Both the position numbers and the translations under genes were made by a program. 64,000 nt of DNA from an uncultured Bacteroidota bacterium (GTDB taxonomy: Bacteria > Bacteroidota > Bacteroidia > Bacteroidales > UBA10428): NCBI GenBank assembly GCA_963733535.1, contig CAVTDR010000006.1, positions 1,505,348 through 1,569,347 of the forward strand. Reading direction: 5' to 3'. Below the pieces are notes generated by a model. It saw only the letters and a list, made by a program, of their open reading frames with translations, was not told where the DNA came from and made no database searches. The first letter of the stretch is position 1. Each line of letters opens with the position of its first letter. Below are positions 1 to 9,535 of the stretch, piece by piece.

Positions 1-618
1 GCGGTTGACAGGAGGGTTTTTAGAACGGTACACTTTCGATACCGTTTCTGTAATGAGTAAAGGGAGATAATTTTTGTTGAACACCTCGGATGAATCCATA
101 TAATCAAAAACAAAACTAAAATCCTTGATCAGACGGGAGTCCTTAAAATTCTCATCGATGTTGTTCAAATCGAGACGCAGTTTTGTGTAGGCATTATATT
201 GATAATTAGCGAGTTTATCGGGGTTATTTTGTTTTTTATGATCATTAATCCTGCTCAGGATTTCAAATGCAGGATTTTCACCTGGCTTAACAACCACAGC
301 ATCCAGTGCAATGCTTTTAGGAGCCAATTTTATTTCCAGGTTTTGCGTAATCCCTTTTACAATATGAATTCTTTGCATTTCATATCCCACGCTCGAAACC
401 AGCAGTGTATCGGTAGCTTTTGGAGTAGACAGATAAAAAGATCCATCGGTTTCGCTGATTGTGCCCACCAGGCTATGCAGAAATCCGATATTCACAAAAG
501 GGATTGCTTCGTTGGTTTCCGCATCAGTAACCTTGCCAGTTATAGTCGTTTTCTGACCAAATCCGGTGATTGGACTGATGAATAGAAGAGAAAGAAACAG
601 AAGTCGGTAAATATTCAT
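1..618 (-). CDS. CarboxypepD_reg-like / DUF5686-type secreted protein, N-terminal part only (gene runs off the left edge)
   Basis: This ORF is absent from the track because it is open at the window edge. The reverse complement of 601-618 reads ATG AAT ATT TAC CGA CTT. Hand translation gives MNIYRLLFLSLLFISPITGFGQKTTITGKVTDAETNEAIPFVNIGF...VVKPGENPAFEILSRINDHKKQNNP. That is a signal peptide followed by a carboxypeptidase-regulatory-like beta-sandwich motif. Confidence 0.7.
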   Translation of the reverse strand, partial: MNIYRLLFLSLLFISPITGFGQKTTITGKVTDAETNEAIPFVNIGFLHSLVGTISETDGSFYLSTPKATDTLLVSSVGYEMQRIHIVKGITQNLEIKLAPKSIALDAVVVKPGENPAFEILSRINDHKKQNNPDKLANYQYNAYTKLRLDLNNIDENFKDSRLIKDFSFVFDYMDSSEVFNKNYLPLLITETVSKVYRSKNPPVNR

Positions 619-674
619 GCTGTTATTCATGCGAACGAAACGAAAATATGAAAAATTGATCAATTTAGTAATCC

Positions 675-1385
675 TTAGAATTCCCACCTTAAGCCTAGTG
701 TGGGTGAAAAAGCCCAATCAGCGGGACCGACAGGGAAATTTTTGCTTATTTCCACTTCGCTGCCCAAAGCTATTTTGGGCGTCAGTAAGAACCATAATTG
801 TGGTTCGGTTTGAAATATCCATTCTTTTTTATCCGGATGGATATATTTATCCTGCGACCAAATATCGGCAAATCCGGTAAGGAGTATTTTCCCGTTGAAT
901 AACGGTTGATACCATACCGCTGTAAACTGAAAATCTGCTGAACGGGTACCTCTTGCAATTCTGCACAACCATTGTGTTGTAAGTACAAATGAGCCCAAAT
1001 GAACCGGATGCGCGAAGCCTGTTAAAAATACACTGTTATAACTTGCTGCTCCGAGCGTATCTTTTGCAATTTCATATGCTGTAAAACCATCATTATATTC
1101 CAGGTGAAAGGTGAGCTCATCAAAAAAAGCGTGCTTTCTTAAACCCGGTATATAAAATTCCCGGGCAATTTCCCAATATGCAGCAGACATACTTCTTGGT
1201 TTTCCGGGTAAATTAAAATCAAAATCCACAAACCAGAATGTGGATCCCAGGGAGTCGGGCCTGAACATTTCGAGTGTAGCAGTGTAATGTCGGCGATCTT
1301 CTCCAAAATCATAATGCATCTGGAGGTTCTGTGACCATGTGACCAGCGGTATGAAGACAAAAACAAGGACAATTAATTTTTTCAT
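675..1385 (-). CDS. DUF5020-like (Tsx-like) outer-membrane beta-barrel protein
   Basis: The tracked ORF is 675..1418. The likely true start is the internal MKKLIVLVFVFIPLVTWSQ signal peptide at 1385. The protein ends ...LGLRWEF, a C-terminal Phe beta-signal, and the NLQMHYDFG motif matches what I recall for DUF5020. Confidence 0.6.
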   Translation of the reverse strand: MKKLIVLVFVFIPLVTWSQNLQMHYDFGEDRRHYTATLEMFRPDSLGSTFWFVDFDFNLPGKPRSMSAAYWEIAREFYIPGLRKHAFFDELTFHLEYNDGFTAYEIAKDTLGAASYNSVFLTGFAHPVHLGSFVLTTQWLCRIARGTRSADFQFTAVWYQPLFNGKILLTGFADIWSQDKYIHPDKKEWIFQTEPQLWFLLTPKIALGSEVEISKNFPVGPADWAFSPTLGLRWEF

Positions 1386-1559
1386 ATGCCGTTTTAAAGG
1401 AACGCCAAAAGTAAGCATTCTTAAAGTTTAAAGCACATAAAGATGGGAGAGTACGTAGGCCACTCTTAAAGCATCTTGCTGTTACATCGTGATTAAGAAC
1501 AACCTGGATTCTGTAAACCGAAAAAAATTTTAATACTTTTACAAAAATACGAAGTGAAT

Positions 1560-2276
1560 ATGAGCTATAGGCATACATTGGAAGCCGCAATTGAAGGCAT
1601 TCATGACATTGAGGAATTACTGACTCAATTTTCCAGACAGGAAAGTATTGCAGCAATAGAGATGGATCTCACCCTCCAGAAAATGAGAAATATTTACGAA
1701 TTGCTTCTGATGATGAAAGAAAAGCAGCCGGTAATGGATGTAAATCCTTCTATTGAGAAAGATCATGAGCCCGTAAAAAAGGTTATACGGCCTGCTGAAG
1801 CTGAATTTCCTGAAGTATCGGATTTGAAGGCAGCCGTTGAAGTGAAGGAAATTGTCATCAAAAAAGAGGACATCCCCGATGAAGTTCCGCAGACCATAGT
1901 CCCGCCAAAAGAGAGAAGGCGGCAGGCTGAAAAGCCCGGGCAAACGCTGGCTGATCAGTTTCTGTCAAAGCCTACCTTGCATGAATCACTTCATCAGAAT
2001 AACCGAAAGGATGAACCATATTTTACTCACAATAAACCCATTACTGACCTGGCTGCAGCTATAGGAATCAACGACAGGTTCACCTTTATTCATGAGCTGT
2101 TTGGTAATGATAAGAACTTGTATGATAACACCCTGATCACGCTGAATCAGGCACCCAGCTTTAATGATGCTTATAATTACATGATTCATAATTTTGATTG
2201 GGATATGAACAGTGAACCGGTGCAATTATTACTGGATATGGTTCGCAGGAAATTTATAAAAGGAAGGAATGAGTAA
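1560..2276 (+). CDS. Hypothetical conserved protein (helical N-terminus, acidic/Pro-rich linker, C-terminal domain)
   Basis: The tracked ORF starts at GTG 1554, with an ATG at 1560. The linker reads PVKKVIRPAEAEFPEVSDLKAAVEVKE...PPKERRRQAEKPG and the C-terminal block reads ITDLAAAIGINDRFTFIHELFGND. The 3' end overlaps the rsmI start by 8 nt. Confidence 0.55.
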   Translation: MSYRHTLEAAIEGIHDIEELLTQFSRQESIAAIEMDLTLQKMRNIYELLLMMKEKQPVMDVNPSIEKDHEPVKKVIRPAEAEFPEVSDLKAAVEVKEIVIKKEDIPDEVPQTIVPPKERRRQAEKPGQTLADQFLSKPTLHESLHQNNRKDEPYFTHNKPITDLAAAIGINDRFTFIHELFGNDKNLYDNTLITLNQAPSFNDAYNYMIHNFDWDMNSEPVQLLLDMVRRKFIKGRNE

Positions 2277-2937
2277 ACTCTATATTGTTCCAACACCTAT
2301 AGGGAATCTGGAAGATATTACCCTCAGAGCACTCAGGGTGCTAAAAGAAGTGCAGGTAGTGCTGGCAGAGGATACCCGTACAACCCGCAAACTTTTTGCA
2401 CATTATGAAATTCATACACCCCTGAGATCCTACCATATATTTAATGAGCATCAGAAAACGGATATGCTGGTTGAGGAAATTGCTTTCGGACAGGTAACTG
2501 CGCTGGTAAGCGACGCAGGTACGCCTTCCATATCTGATCCGGGTTTTATGCTGGTTAGAGCTTGCATTGAGAAGGGGATTCAGGTTGAATGCCTGCCCGG
2601 AGCTACTGCTTTGATTCCTGCTCTTGTAAATTCGGGTTTCCCCAGTGAGAAGTTCTGTTTTGAAGGTTTTCTTCCGCATAAAAAAGGAAGAAAAACAAAG
2701 CTGGAAGCACTGGTTCAGGAAACGCGAACAATTGTTTTGTATGAATCGCCGCACCGGATTTTGAAAACGTTGACTGAACTCAAGGCGGTAATGGGAAATG
2801 AGAGAAAATGTTGCGTTTGCAGAGAGCTATCCAAAATTCACGAAGAAGTCCTCCGGGGTACCTTCGATGAGGTGATCAGTGTTTTCAATAAAAAAGAACC
2901 CCGCGGAGAAATCGTCCTGGTTTTATCGGCATTATAA
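2269..2937 (+). CDS. rsmI: 16S rRNA (cytidine1402-2'-O)-methyltransferase RsmI
   Basis: The N-terminus is MSKLYIVPTPIGNLEDITLRALRVLKEV. The length (222 aa) and tetrapyrrole-methylase-type fold motifs are typical of RsmI. Confidence 0.9.
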   Translation: MSKLYIVPTPIGNLEDITLRALRVLKEVQVVLAEDTRTTRKLFAHYEIHTPLRSYHIFNEHQKTDMLVEEIAFGQVTALVSDAGTPSISDPGFMLVRACIEKGIQVECLPGATALIPALVNSGFPSEKFCFEGFLPHKKGRKTKLEALVQETRTIVLYESPHRILKTLTELKAVMGNERKCCVCRELSKIHEEVLRGTFDEVISVFNKKEPRGEIVLVLSAL

Positions 2938-2974
2938 TTGATTTTTTGGTTGTAATCCAAAAAAGGTTTATTTT

Positions 2975-2997
2975 TACAAACCGACCGTCGGTATGTA
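2975..2997. promoter_or_regulatory. Near-perfect 23-bp palindrome, candidate TetR operator
   Basis: The sequence TACAaACCGAC-C-GTCGGTaTGTA matches its reverse complement at 20 of 23 positions. It lies directly in front of the ATG (3000) of the TetR gene that heads the ABC exporter operon. Confidence 0.4.
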
Positions 2998-2999
2998 AA

Positions 3000-3581
3000 A
3001 TGAAGGAAAATAAAATCATACGAATCGAATCCATCATTGATGCTGCTATTTCAGAATTTTTAGAAAAGGGGTATGAAGGTGCTTCCATGGAAGGCATTGC
3101 AGTAAGGGCAAATTTAAGCAAGGGAGGATTATACCACCATTTCAAAAGTAAAAGTGAAATTTTGTATACAGTAAACGTGAAGTTTCAGGAGCCTGTGACA
3201 GAATTTATAAACCGGATGGTCATGCAAGGTTCTGTCATTGAATCATTGCTGGGTTTTGTTGAGGAATATCTGAATTACTGGAATCAGCACCGGCGCGAAC
3301 TCATGCTTTATTTTATAACCATGAATGAAGCACTGGGCAATCCTGTCATCTTAAAATTGTATAGGGATTCAACGCAAGAGACATTTGGTTTTTTCAGGGA
3401 ACAATTTGAGAAAGGCTGGCAACAGGGTGTTCTGAAAAATTGCGATGCTTATGCCCGTGCTGTTTCCATGATTTCATGCATGGATGGTTACCTGGGATAT
3501 TTACTGATTGATCCGGAATTGAAACCGGAACGGATCATACAGGAAATTCAATCGGTTTTTATTGGCAGTCTCATTAAATGA
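3000..3581 (+). CDS. TetR/AcrR family transcriptional regulator
   Basis: The tracked ORF is 2946..3581, and the likely start is MKENKIIRIESIIDAAISEFLEKGYEGASMEGIAVRANLSKGGLYHHFKSK. That stretch is the TetR-type N-terminal HTH. Confidence 0.85.
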   Translation: MKENKIIRIESIIDAAISEFLEKGYEGASMEGIAVRANLSKGGLYHHFKSKSEILYTVNVKFQEPVTEFINRMVMQGSVIESLLGFVEEYLNYWNQHRRELMLYFITMNEALGNPVILKLYRDSTQETFGFFREQFEKGWQQGVLKNCDAYARAVSMISCMDGYLGYLLIDPELKPERIIQEIQSVFIGSLIK

Positions 3582-4516
3582 ACCCTATGGAAGCAATGAT
3601 CGAAATTACAGGTCTGTGTAAGAAGTTCGGATCGCTAGTTGCCGTGAAAGAGTTAAATCTATCGGTATACAAAAATGAAATTTTTGGCCTGTTGGGGCCC
3701 AATGGTGCGGGCAAAACAACTGCAATTAATATGATATGCGGTCTAATCCCCAAGACAAGCGGCAAAGTATTGATTCATGGACGTGATGCGCGTTCGAATA
3801 AATGGCTTATGGGCTATTGTGCCCAGGAGAATATCATTTATCCCCGCCTGACTTGTATGGAACAACTGCAGTTTTTAGCCAGCATGTATGATATTCCACC
3901 ACGGAAAAGCCATGACCGGACCCTAAATGTATTATCAGCCCTTGGATTAAGCGAAAAGGCAAATGTAAAAGCAGAGGCTCTGTCGGGTGGTATGAAAAGA
4001 AGATTAAGCATTTGTCTTGCTATCATCCATGATCCGGAAATCCTGATTCTTGATGAGCCGGAAGCAGGACTTGATCCGCAAAGCAGAATCATGGTAAGAG
4101 ATTTTATCAAACAATTCAGTTCCGGCAAAACCGTAATTCTTACCACCCATAATATGGATGAAGCCGACAGAATGGCCGACCGTGTTGCAATTATGGATTA
4201 CGGGCAGATACTCATGACGGATACTCCTGAAAACCTGAAAAAAACAATTGGAGATGGTGATATGCTTGAGATGACTGCTGAAACAAAAGATGAAATACGC
4301 CTGAAAGAATTTACAGAGAAAATTTCACAATATGTTACCCTTATGCATACCCATTCCAGTCAGGTTTTAATAAAGGGCAAAAACCTGATAACGCTGATCC
4401 CTAAGATTCAAAAAACAGCCGAAGATGCCGGAATCCGTCTGATTGAAATTAAACTCAGACAAAATACCCTGGAAGATGTTTTCATTCATTTAACCGGAAG
4501 AAATCTCAGATCATGA
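3578..4516 (+). CDS. ABC transporter ATP-binding protein (ABC-2 exporter type)
   Basis: It carries Walker A GPNGAGKTT, signature LSGGMKRRL and Walker B ILILDEP. It overlaps the neighbouring genes by 4 nt on each side. Confidence 0.9.
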   Translation: MNPMEAMIEITGLCKKFGSLVAVKELNLSVYKNEIFGLLGPNGAGKTTAINMICGLIPKTSGKVLIHGRDARSNKWLMGYCAQENIIYPRLTCMEQLQFLASMYDIPPRKSHDRTLNVLSALGLSEKANVKAEALSGGMKRRLSICLAIIHDPEILILDEPEAGLDPQSRIMVRDFIKQFSSGKTVILTTHNMDEADRMADRVAIMDYGQILMTDTPENLKKTIGDGDMLEMTAETKDEIRLKEFTEKISQYVTLMHTHSSQVLIKGKNLITLIPKIQKTAEDAGIRLIEIKLRQNTLEDVFIHLTGRNLRS

Positions 4517-5679
4517 AACTGAAAGGAATCATACTTAAAAGCCTGCGGGAACAAGTACGAAGTTACTGGTTACTGCTGTTATCCTTGATCATGGGCCCTT
4601 TTTTTATTTTTGTGTATTTTCTGATTGTCGAATCGTCAAAAAGCTATTATGACATCACCATTCAGAACAGCGATGCCGGAGCATTCACACAACAAGATAC
4701 GGTGAATCTGGGGGCGCAGCTCATCGACTTTTTTAAGGATAATGAGGAAGCGCATGCCACATTTCCTGTAAGGATAACACAGGTTTTCAGTAAGGAAACA
4801 GCAACCGATGCACTCAACAAAGGCAAATCACATATTTTTATTGAAATTCCTGAAAACTTTACCACTCAACTGCAGGCAATCACAAATGGTGATCCTTCAG
4901 TATCTGCAAGGGTTCATTTTACAGGCGATCTTACCAATACCAATTACCTGATCAGCGCAGTATGGGCAAATGAACTATTGCTGGATTTTACCTTGAAACA
5001 TACGCATAACAAAAGGCTGATATTTGTGGAGGAAACGGCACTGGGATCCTCCGGGGAAACCGACACATTTACCCAGGTAGTTCCCGGCATTCTTGTTATT
5101 TCGTTAATTATGCTCATGTTCACTGCAAGTATCGCATTTGTTTCAGAAGTTGAAAATAAAACGATACTCCGGCTGAAGCTCACCCGCATGTCTGCGCTTG
5201 AATATCTTGCAGGAGTGGGTTCTGTGCAACTTCTGGTGGGTATCGTGTCAATGCTGTTAACACTTTTAACCGCCATCGCACTGGGCTTTCAATATCAGGG
5301 TTCATTGGGGATTATGATACTCATAGGCGCATTAACCAGTATTTCAATTATCGCATTTAGTCTGGTTATCAGCGCTTTTACCCGTTCTGCTAATGAGGTG
5401 CTGATCGTTGGTAATTTTCCCATGTTCCTGTTTATGTTTTTTACCGGAGCTGCCTTTCCATTAAAAAGCGAACCCCTGTTCTCACTGGCAGGATATCCGG
5501 TGTCTGTTCAGGGACTCATGACTCCGGTTCATGCAATTTCCGCATTAAATAAAACACTGGTTGTTAATTTGGGTTTTCAGGAAATTATTCCAGAATTGGT
5601 TGCCATAACTGTGCTTACCCTGATTTATTTTTTCATTGGTGCCGTATTTTTTCATTTCAGACATCTGAAATTGAAATAA
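4513..5679 (+). CDS. ABC-2 family transporter permease
   Basis: It has an N-terminal TM, a large extracytoplasmic loop and a C-terminal cluster of TM helices. It is translationally coupled to the ATPase. Confidence 0.8.
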   Translation: MKLKGIILKSLREQVRSYWLLLLSLIMGPFFIFVYFLIVESSKSYYDITIQNSDAGAFTQQDTVNLGAQLIDFFKDNEEAHATFPVRITQVFSKETATDALNKGKSHIFIEIPENFTTQLQAITNGDPSVSARVHFTGDLTNTNYLISAVWANELLLDFTLKHTHNKRLIFVEETALGSSGETDTFTQVVPGILVISLIMLMFTASIAFVSEVENKTILRLKLTRMSALEYLAGVGSVQLLVGIVSMLLTLLTAIALGFQYQGSLGIMILIGALTSISIIAFSLVISAFTRSANEVLIVGNFPMFLFMFFTGAAFPLKSEPLFSLAGYPVSVQGLMTPVHAISALNKTLVVNLGFQEIIPELVAITVLTLIYFFIGAVFFHFRHLKLK

Positions 5680-5766
5680 AGATCTTTTCGTTTTTGGATT
5701 TTTCAAGAGATTGATTATTTTATGGACTTACAATTTGATTAATAAATAATCATTAAACCCATTTTT

Positions 5767-6105
5767 ATGAAAAACCCAATTGCCTGTTGTGGCATTAATT
5801 GTGAATCGTGCGACGCATATATTGCAACCGTTAAAAATGACGATATGCTTCGGAAAGCTACTGCCGAGAATTGGCAGAATATGTTTCAGGTCCCTGAAAT
5901 TGATTACCGGACCATAAATTGCACGGGATGCCGGGAAGAAGGCGTTAAATTCTCGCATTGTTATGAATGTAAAATTCGAAAATGTGTAGCTTCCAAAACA
6001 TTCCAAACCTGTGGAGAATGCCCCGAAATGGAATCATGTTCTGTTGTTGCCATGGTACATCAACATATGCCCGAAACCATTCAGAATTTGAAAAATTTGT
6101 ATTAG
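5767..6105 (+). CDS. DUF3795-type cysteine-rich protein
   Basis: The 112-aa protein contains the motifs CCGINCESCDAY, CTGCREEG, CYECKIRKC and CGECPEMESC. Confidence 0.7.
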   Translation: MKNPIACCGINCESCDAYIATVKNDDMLRKATAENWQNMFQVPEIDYRTINCTGCREEGVKFSHCYECKIRKCVASKTFQTCGECPEMESCSVVAMVHQHMPETIQNLKNLY

Positions 6106-6128
6106 CAGTTGACCGCAATTTTTCGAAT

Positions 6129-6161
6129 GCCCTTATGAATGCCCATCATAAGGGCTTTTTT
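6129..6161 (+). terminator. Rho-independent terminator
   Basis: A 10-bp perfect stem, gcccttatga (6129-6138) with tcataagggc (6146-6155), encloses a 7-nt loop and is followed by TTTTTT. Confidence 0.7.
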
Positions 6162-6340
6162 GTTGTTATCGTTTCAATTCCATATGAAATAAGATACCTT
6201 TGTTCTCTTCCAGATTATTTCCGGTTACAGACCTGTTTTCTACCGGCATTTTTAATCTTTAACATTTTTGATATCCTGAAATGACTATATTTAAAATCCT
6301 AAAATTTTTATGATTATTCGCTATCTAACACGCCATACTT

Positions 6341-7384
6341 ATGAAATACCTGATTTTTTTCGTCATATTGATGAGCGGTCTCGCTTGTTATTCCCAGGCA
6401 AATTTTAAACCAGGCTTTATCATTTTGAATTCCCAAGATACGCTCAAGGGGCTCGTTGATTACCGGGGCGATTTACTGATGTGTTCGATATGTCGTTACC
6501 GCACTGCCACTAAAAAAGAAATTGTTGAATACAGACCTGGCGATATTTCGGGATATGGAGTTGAATCGGGCAGATTATATGCTTCGAAAATTATTGACAA
6601 CATCCCGGTTTTTTTGGAATGCCTGATAGATGGTAAGTTACGTATTTATTATTTAAGGTATGAAAACCGCGACCGCTATTTTATGGAGAAGGATGATCTT
6701 CAATTGGTTGAAATTCCATATAAAGAGGGCACTAAAGAATACAATGGAATGCAACACTTTTATTCAACTTCCACACACAAGGCTTTACTCTCCTTATATA
6801 CCAATGATGCTCCGCAACTAAAATCAAAAATTGATTCAATCCGTAAGCCCAATCAAAAAAATCTGATATCCATTGCTGAAACGTACCATAATGAAGTAAG
6901 CAGTAATGAGAAATACATAATTTACAAAAAGAAGTTCTCCATTAATGTAATGGTTGAGCCGGTTGTAGGAGTTACCAAATATTTGGTTCTTAATAGTTTT
7001 AATCCGGAATATGGGGCTCATCTTTATTTATGGTTACCCGAAGACAACGAAAAGTTATTTCTTAAAACAGGGGTCATTTATACGGAAATTTCAGATGGTG
7101 ATGAAGAGCTGAAAGTTTTCAAATTTCCCATTCAAATTCAATATATTTATCCGGGGAATAAGTTCCGTCCTATGGCTGCATTTGGATTGGAAATTCTGAG
7201 TGCCAAATATGAAAAATTCGATTTTGGAGGACACTGGCTTGTTCTGAATGCAGGTTTCAATTACAAAATCAGCGAGAGAACAGCATTGAGTGTTGCCTAT
7301 AGATTGGAAACTACACCTATATTGGTTGGTACATTTACCGTTGTTTCAAATTCTGTTTTTGCAGGATTGATGTTCCGGTTTTAA
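6341..7384 (+). CDS. Hypothetical secreted / outer-membrane protein
   Basis: The signal peptide is MKYLIFFVILMSGLACYSQ. The C-terminal third has alternating beta-strand character and ends ...VFAGLMFRF, an OMP-type terminal Phe. Confidence 0.5.
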   Translation: MKYLIFFVILMSGLACYSQANFKPGFIILNSQDTLKGLVDYRGDLLMCSICRYRTATKKEIVEYRPGDISGYGVESGRLYASKIIDNIPVFLECLIDGKLRIYYLRYENRDRYFMEKDDLQLVEIPYKEGTKEYNGMQHFYSTSTHKALLSLYTNDAPQLKSKIDSIRKPNQKNLISIAETYHNEVSSNEKYIIYKKKFSINVMVEPVVGVTKYLVLNSFNPEYGAHLYLWLPEDNEKLFLKTGVIYTEISDGDEELKVFKFPIQIQYIYPGNKFRPMAAFGLEILSAKYEKFDFGGHWLVLNAGFNYKISERTALSVAYRLETTPILVGTFTVVSNSVFAGLMFRF

Positions 7385-7470
7385 AGGGACGCATTTCTAA
7401 TCGGCTTCATTTTTTTAAGAAATAGAAATAATAGGATTTCCGTTACGTTTAATAATGAATTTGATGTCTT

Positions 7471-8781
7471 ATGACAGTGTTCAGGTTTCTATTATCTGTT
7501 TTTTACCTCTATTTCCATAGCTGTTTGACGGCTCAGGAAATGACGGACTATATTCGTCCTGTATTTCCTGCCAATCATGCGCTGAATACCCGCATTGATA
7601 ATTTACCGGTGCATCCGAATTCTGCAACTATTATAAACGGTATGGGACCAGGTACCGCCTTACATCCCGATTTTGGTACCGCCTGGGATGATGATGGTGT
7701 AATGCGACAAATGGGCATTCCCTATAATGTTGTTGGAGAAGGTCAATCATTGGTCCCCATATCTTTTGTGTATTATCCCGAGGAAAGCGATCCCGGACCC
7801 TGGCCTATACCGCCTGACCCGTTTATCGAAACCGTTTTCGATTGGAGAGATACGGAGGATGGAGACCGGCATATGCTTATTGTCGATTCAAGTAATCAAT
7901 TGCTGTATGAAACTGGCAATGTTTTTGGAAATGCAAGTGGAACATCATGGGAAGGTGGTTGTGGAGCTATATTTGATCTCAGCTCAAACGATTTACGAAC
8001 TGTGACATGGACATCTGCAGATGCTGCGGGCTTACCCATATTCCCCTTACTGATCAGATATGATGAAGTGGAACGTGCACTTGAAACAGGATCGGAGATT
8101 CCTCATGCCATTCGTCTTACTGCCTCACTTACCAAAAAACAATATATCTGGCCAGCCCGACATTATGCATCCAATTCAACAGACCCCAACCGGCCTCCCA
8201 TGGGCTTAAGATTCCGGCTGAAAGCCAATTTTGATATTTCCGGATTCACACCGCGAATGCAAGTAATTCTGAAGACATTTAAGAAATATGGGTTCATCAT
8301 TGCCGACAACGGCAGCAATTGGTATTTTCAGGGAACCCACGATGATCGTTGGGATGATGAAGAGCTGAATTCTCTTAAATCACTTCATGGAAGAGATTTT
8401 GAAGCTGTTGATATAAGCCAATGGTTCACCCGGCCGGGTTTTGATGCGAATTCTGCTGCTGTTCCCCCCGGTACGGCCACGTCAATTCCTCAGAGCACGA
8501 ATGATATTCTGTCGTCTCAGAACTATCCAAATCCATTTAGCGAAACCACCACTATTTATTACAGTGTACCCGGAAATCTAAAAGTTGTCATCCAGATATA
8601 CAACAGCATCGGAATGGAAGTTGCTTTACTTGAAAGCAATACAGAGATTGCCGGATTGAATTCAATGGTATGGAACGGAACGGATGCCTCAGGAAATCGC
8701 CTCAACAGCGGCGTATACTTTTACCGGATTAAGTACCGGAATGAGCAATCACAGATCCGTAAAATGATATTGCTCGATTAA
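7471..8781 (+). CDS. Secreted protein of unknown function with T9SS type-A C-terminal sorting domain
   Basis: It has a signal peptide and an N-terminal domain of about 330 aa with motifs HAIRLT, YIWPARHYAS and IIADNGSNWYFQG. The C-terminus, NYPNPFSETTTIYYSVPG...SGVYFYRIKY...KMILLD, matches the T9SS CTD pattern. Confidence 0.7.
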   Translation: MTVFRFLLSVFYLYFHSCLTAQEMTDYIRPVFPANHALNTRIDNLPVHPNSATIINGMGPGTALHPDFGTAWDDDGVMRQMGIPYNVVGEGQSLVPISFVYYPEESDPGPWPIPPDPFIETVFDWRDTEDGDRHMLIVDSSNQLLYETGNVFGNASGTSWEGGCGAIFDLSSNDLRTVTWTSADAAGLPIFPLLIRYDEVERALETGSEIPHAIRLTASLTKKQYIWPARHYASNSTDPNRPPMGLRFRLKANFDISGFTPRMQVILKTFKKYGFIIADNGSNWYFQGTHDDRWDDEELNSLKSLHGRDFEAVDISQWFTRPGFDANSAAVPPGTATSIPQSTNDILSSQNYPNPFSETTTIYYSVPGNLKVVIQIYNSIGMEVALLESNTEIAGLNSMVWNGTDASGNRLNSGVYFYRIKYRNEQSQIRKMILLD

Positions 8782-8827
8782 TAAATAAAACACAGAATAG
8801 AAATGCTTCACCTGTATCTGAAAAACG

Positions 8828-9535
8828 TCAGTCTTTAAAAAACCTTTTTCGGAATTGTTCACGGTAATTTTCACCGACGGGAATCCATCTGTCGGATATC
8901 ATCACGCGACTGCGGGATAAGGATGAAATCCGGTCCATAGCAATAATAAAGGATTTGTGAACCCGCATAAATTTGTCATCCGGAAGTGTTTCGGAAAGAC
9001 CTTTCATGGTGAGCAGCGATAAAACCGGCTTTTTACCTTCTGTATGAATTTTTACATAATCCTTCAATCCCTCAATATACAGAACCGTATCAAGAACAAT
9101 TTTAATAGTCTGATAACCGGATTTGACCAGAATATATTTTTGTTCAATGAGTGATTCAGTAATGCCCAAGTTTTTTCTAAGCGTAAATAACTCGTGCGCT
9201 TTGTTCACTGATTTCAAAAACCGGTCGAAGGGTACAGGCTTCATCAAATAATCTGTGGCATTTACATTGAAACCTTGCAGGGCATGTTCAGAATAGGCGG
9301 TAACCAGAATAAACTGGGGAGGATTTTTTACTGAAGCAATAAAGTCAAGGCCTGAAATGCGGGGCATGTGAATATCCAGAAAAATGAGGTCAATTTCGAT
9401 TTTACGAAGGATTTCAGCTGCCTCTGATGCGTTGCTGCATTTTGCAACAACAGACAGAAAGGGTATTCTCCCTGCAAATTCCTCAATTACTTGTTGGGCA
9501 AGGGGTTCATCATCAACTATGAGACATCTCATCAT
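8828..9535 (-). CDS. LytR/AlgR (LytTR) family response regulator
   Basis: It has a receiver domain (LIVDDEP...DLIFLDIHMP) and a C-terminal LytTR DNA-binding domain. Confidence 0.85.
   Translation of the reverse strand: MMRCLIVDDEPLAQQVIEEFAGRIPFLSVVAKCSNASEAAEILRKIEIDLIFLDIHMPRISGLDFIASVKNPPQFILVTAYSEHALQGFNVNATDYLMKPVPFDRFLKSVNKAHELFTLRKNLGITESLIEQKYILVKSGYQTIKIVLDTVLYIEGLKDYVKIHTEGKKPVLSLLTMKGLSETLPDDKFMRVHKSFIIAMDRISSLSRSRVMISDRWIPVGENYREQFRKRFFKD

Noticed and set aside
199-585. 128-aa plus-strand ORF (TTG start) at the left edge
   Set aside because: It lies entirely antisense to the clearly coding minus-strand CarboxypepD_reg/DUF5686-like gene (1-618). Its translation has no recognisable motif and an odd composition.
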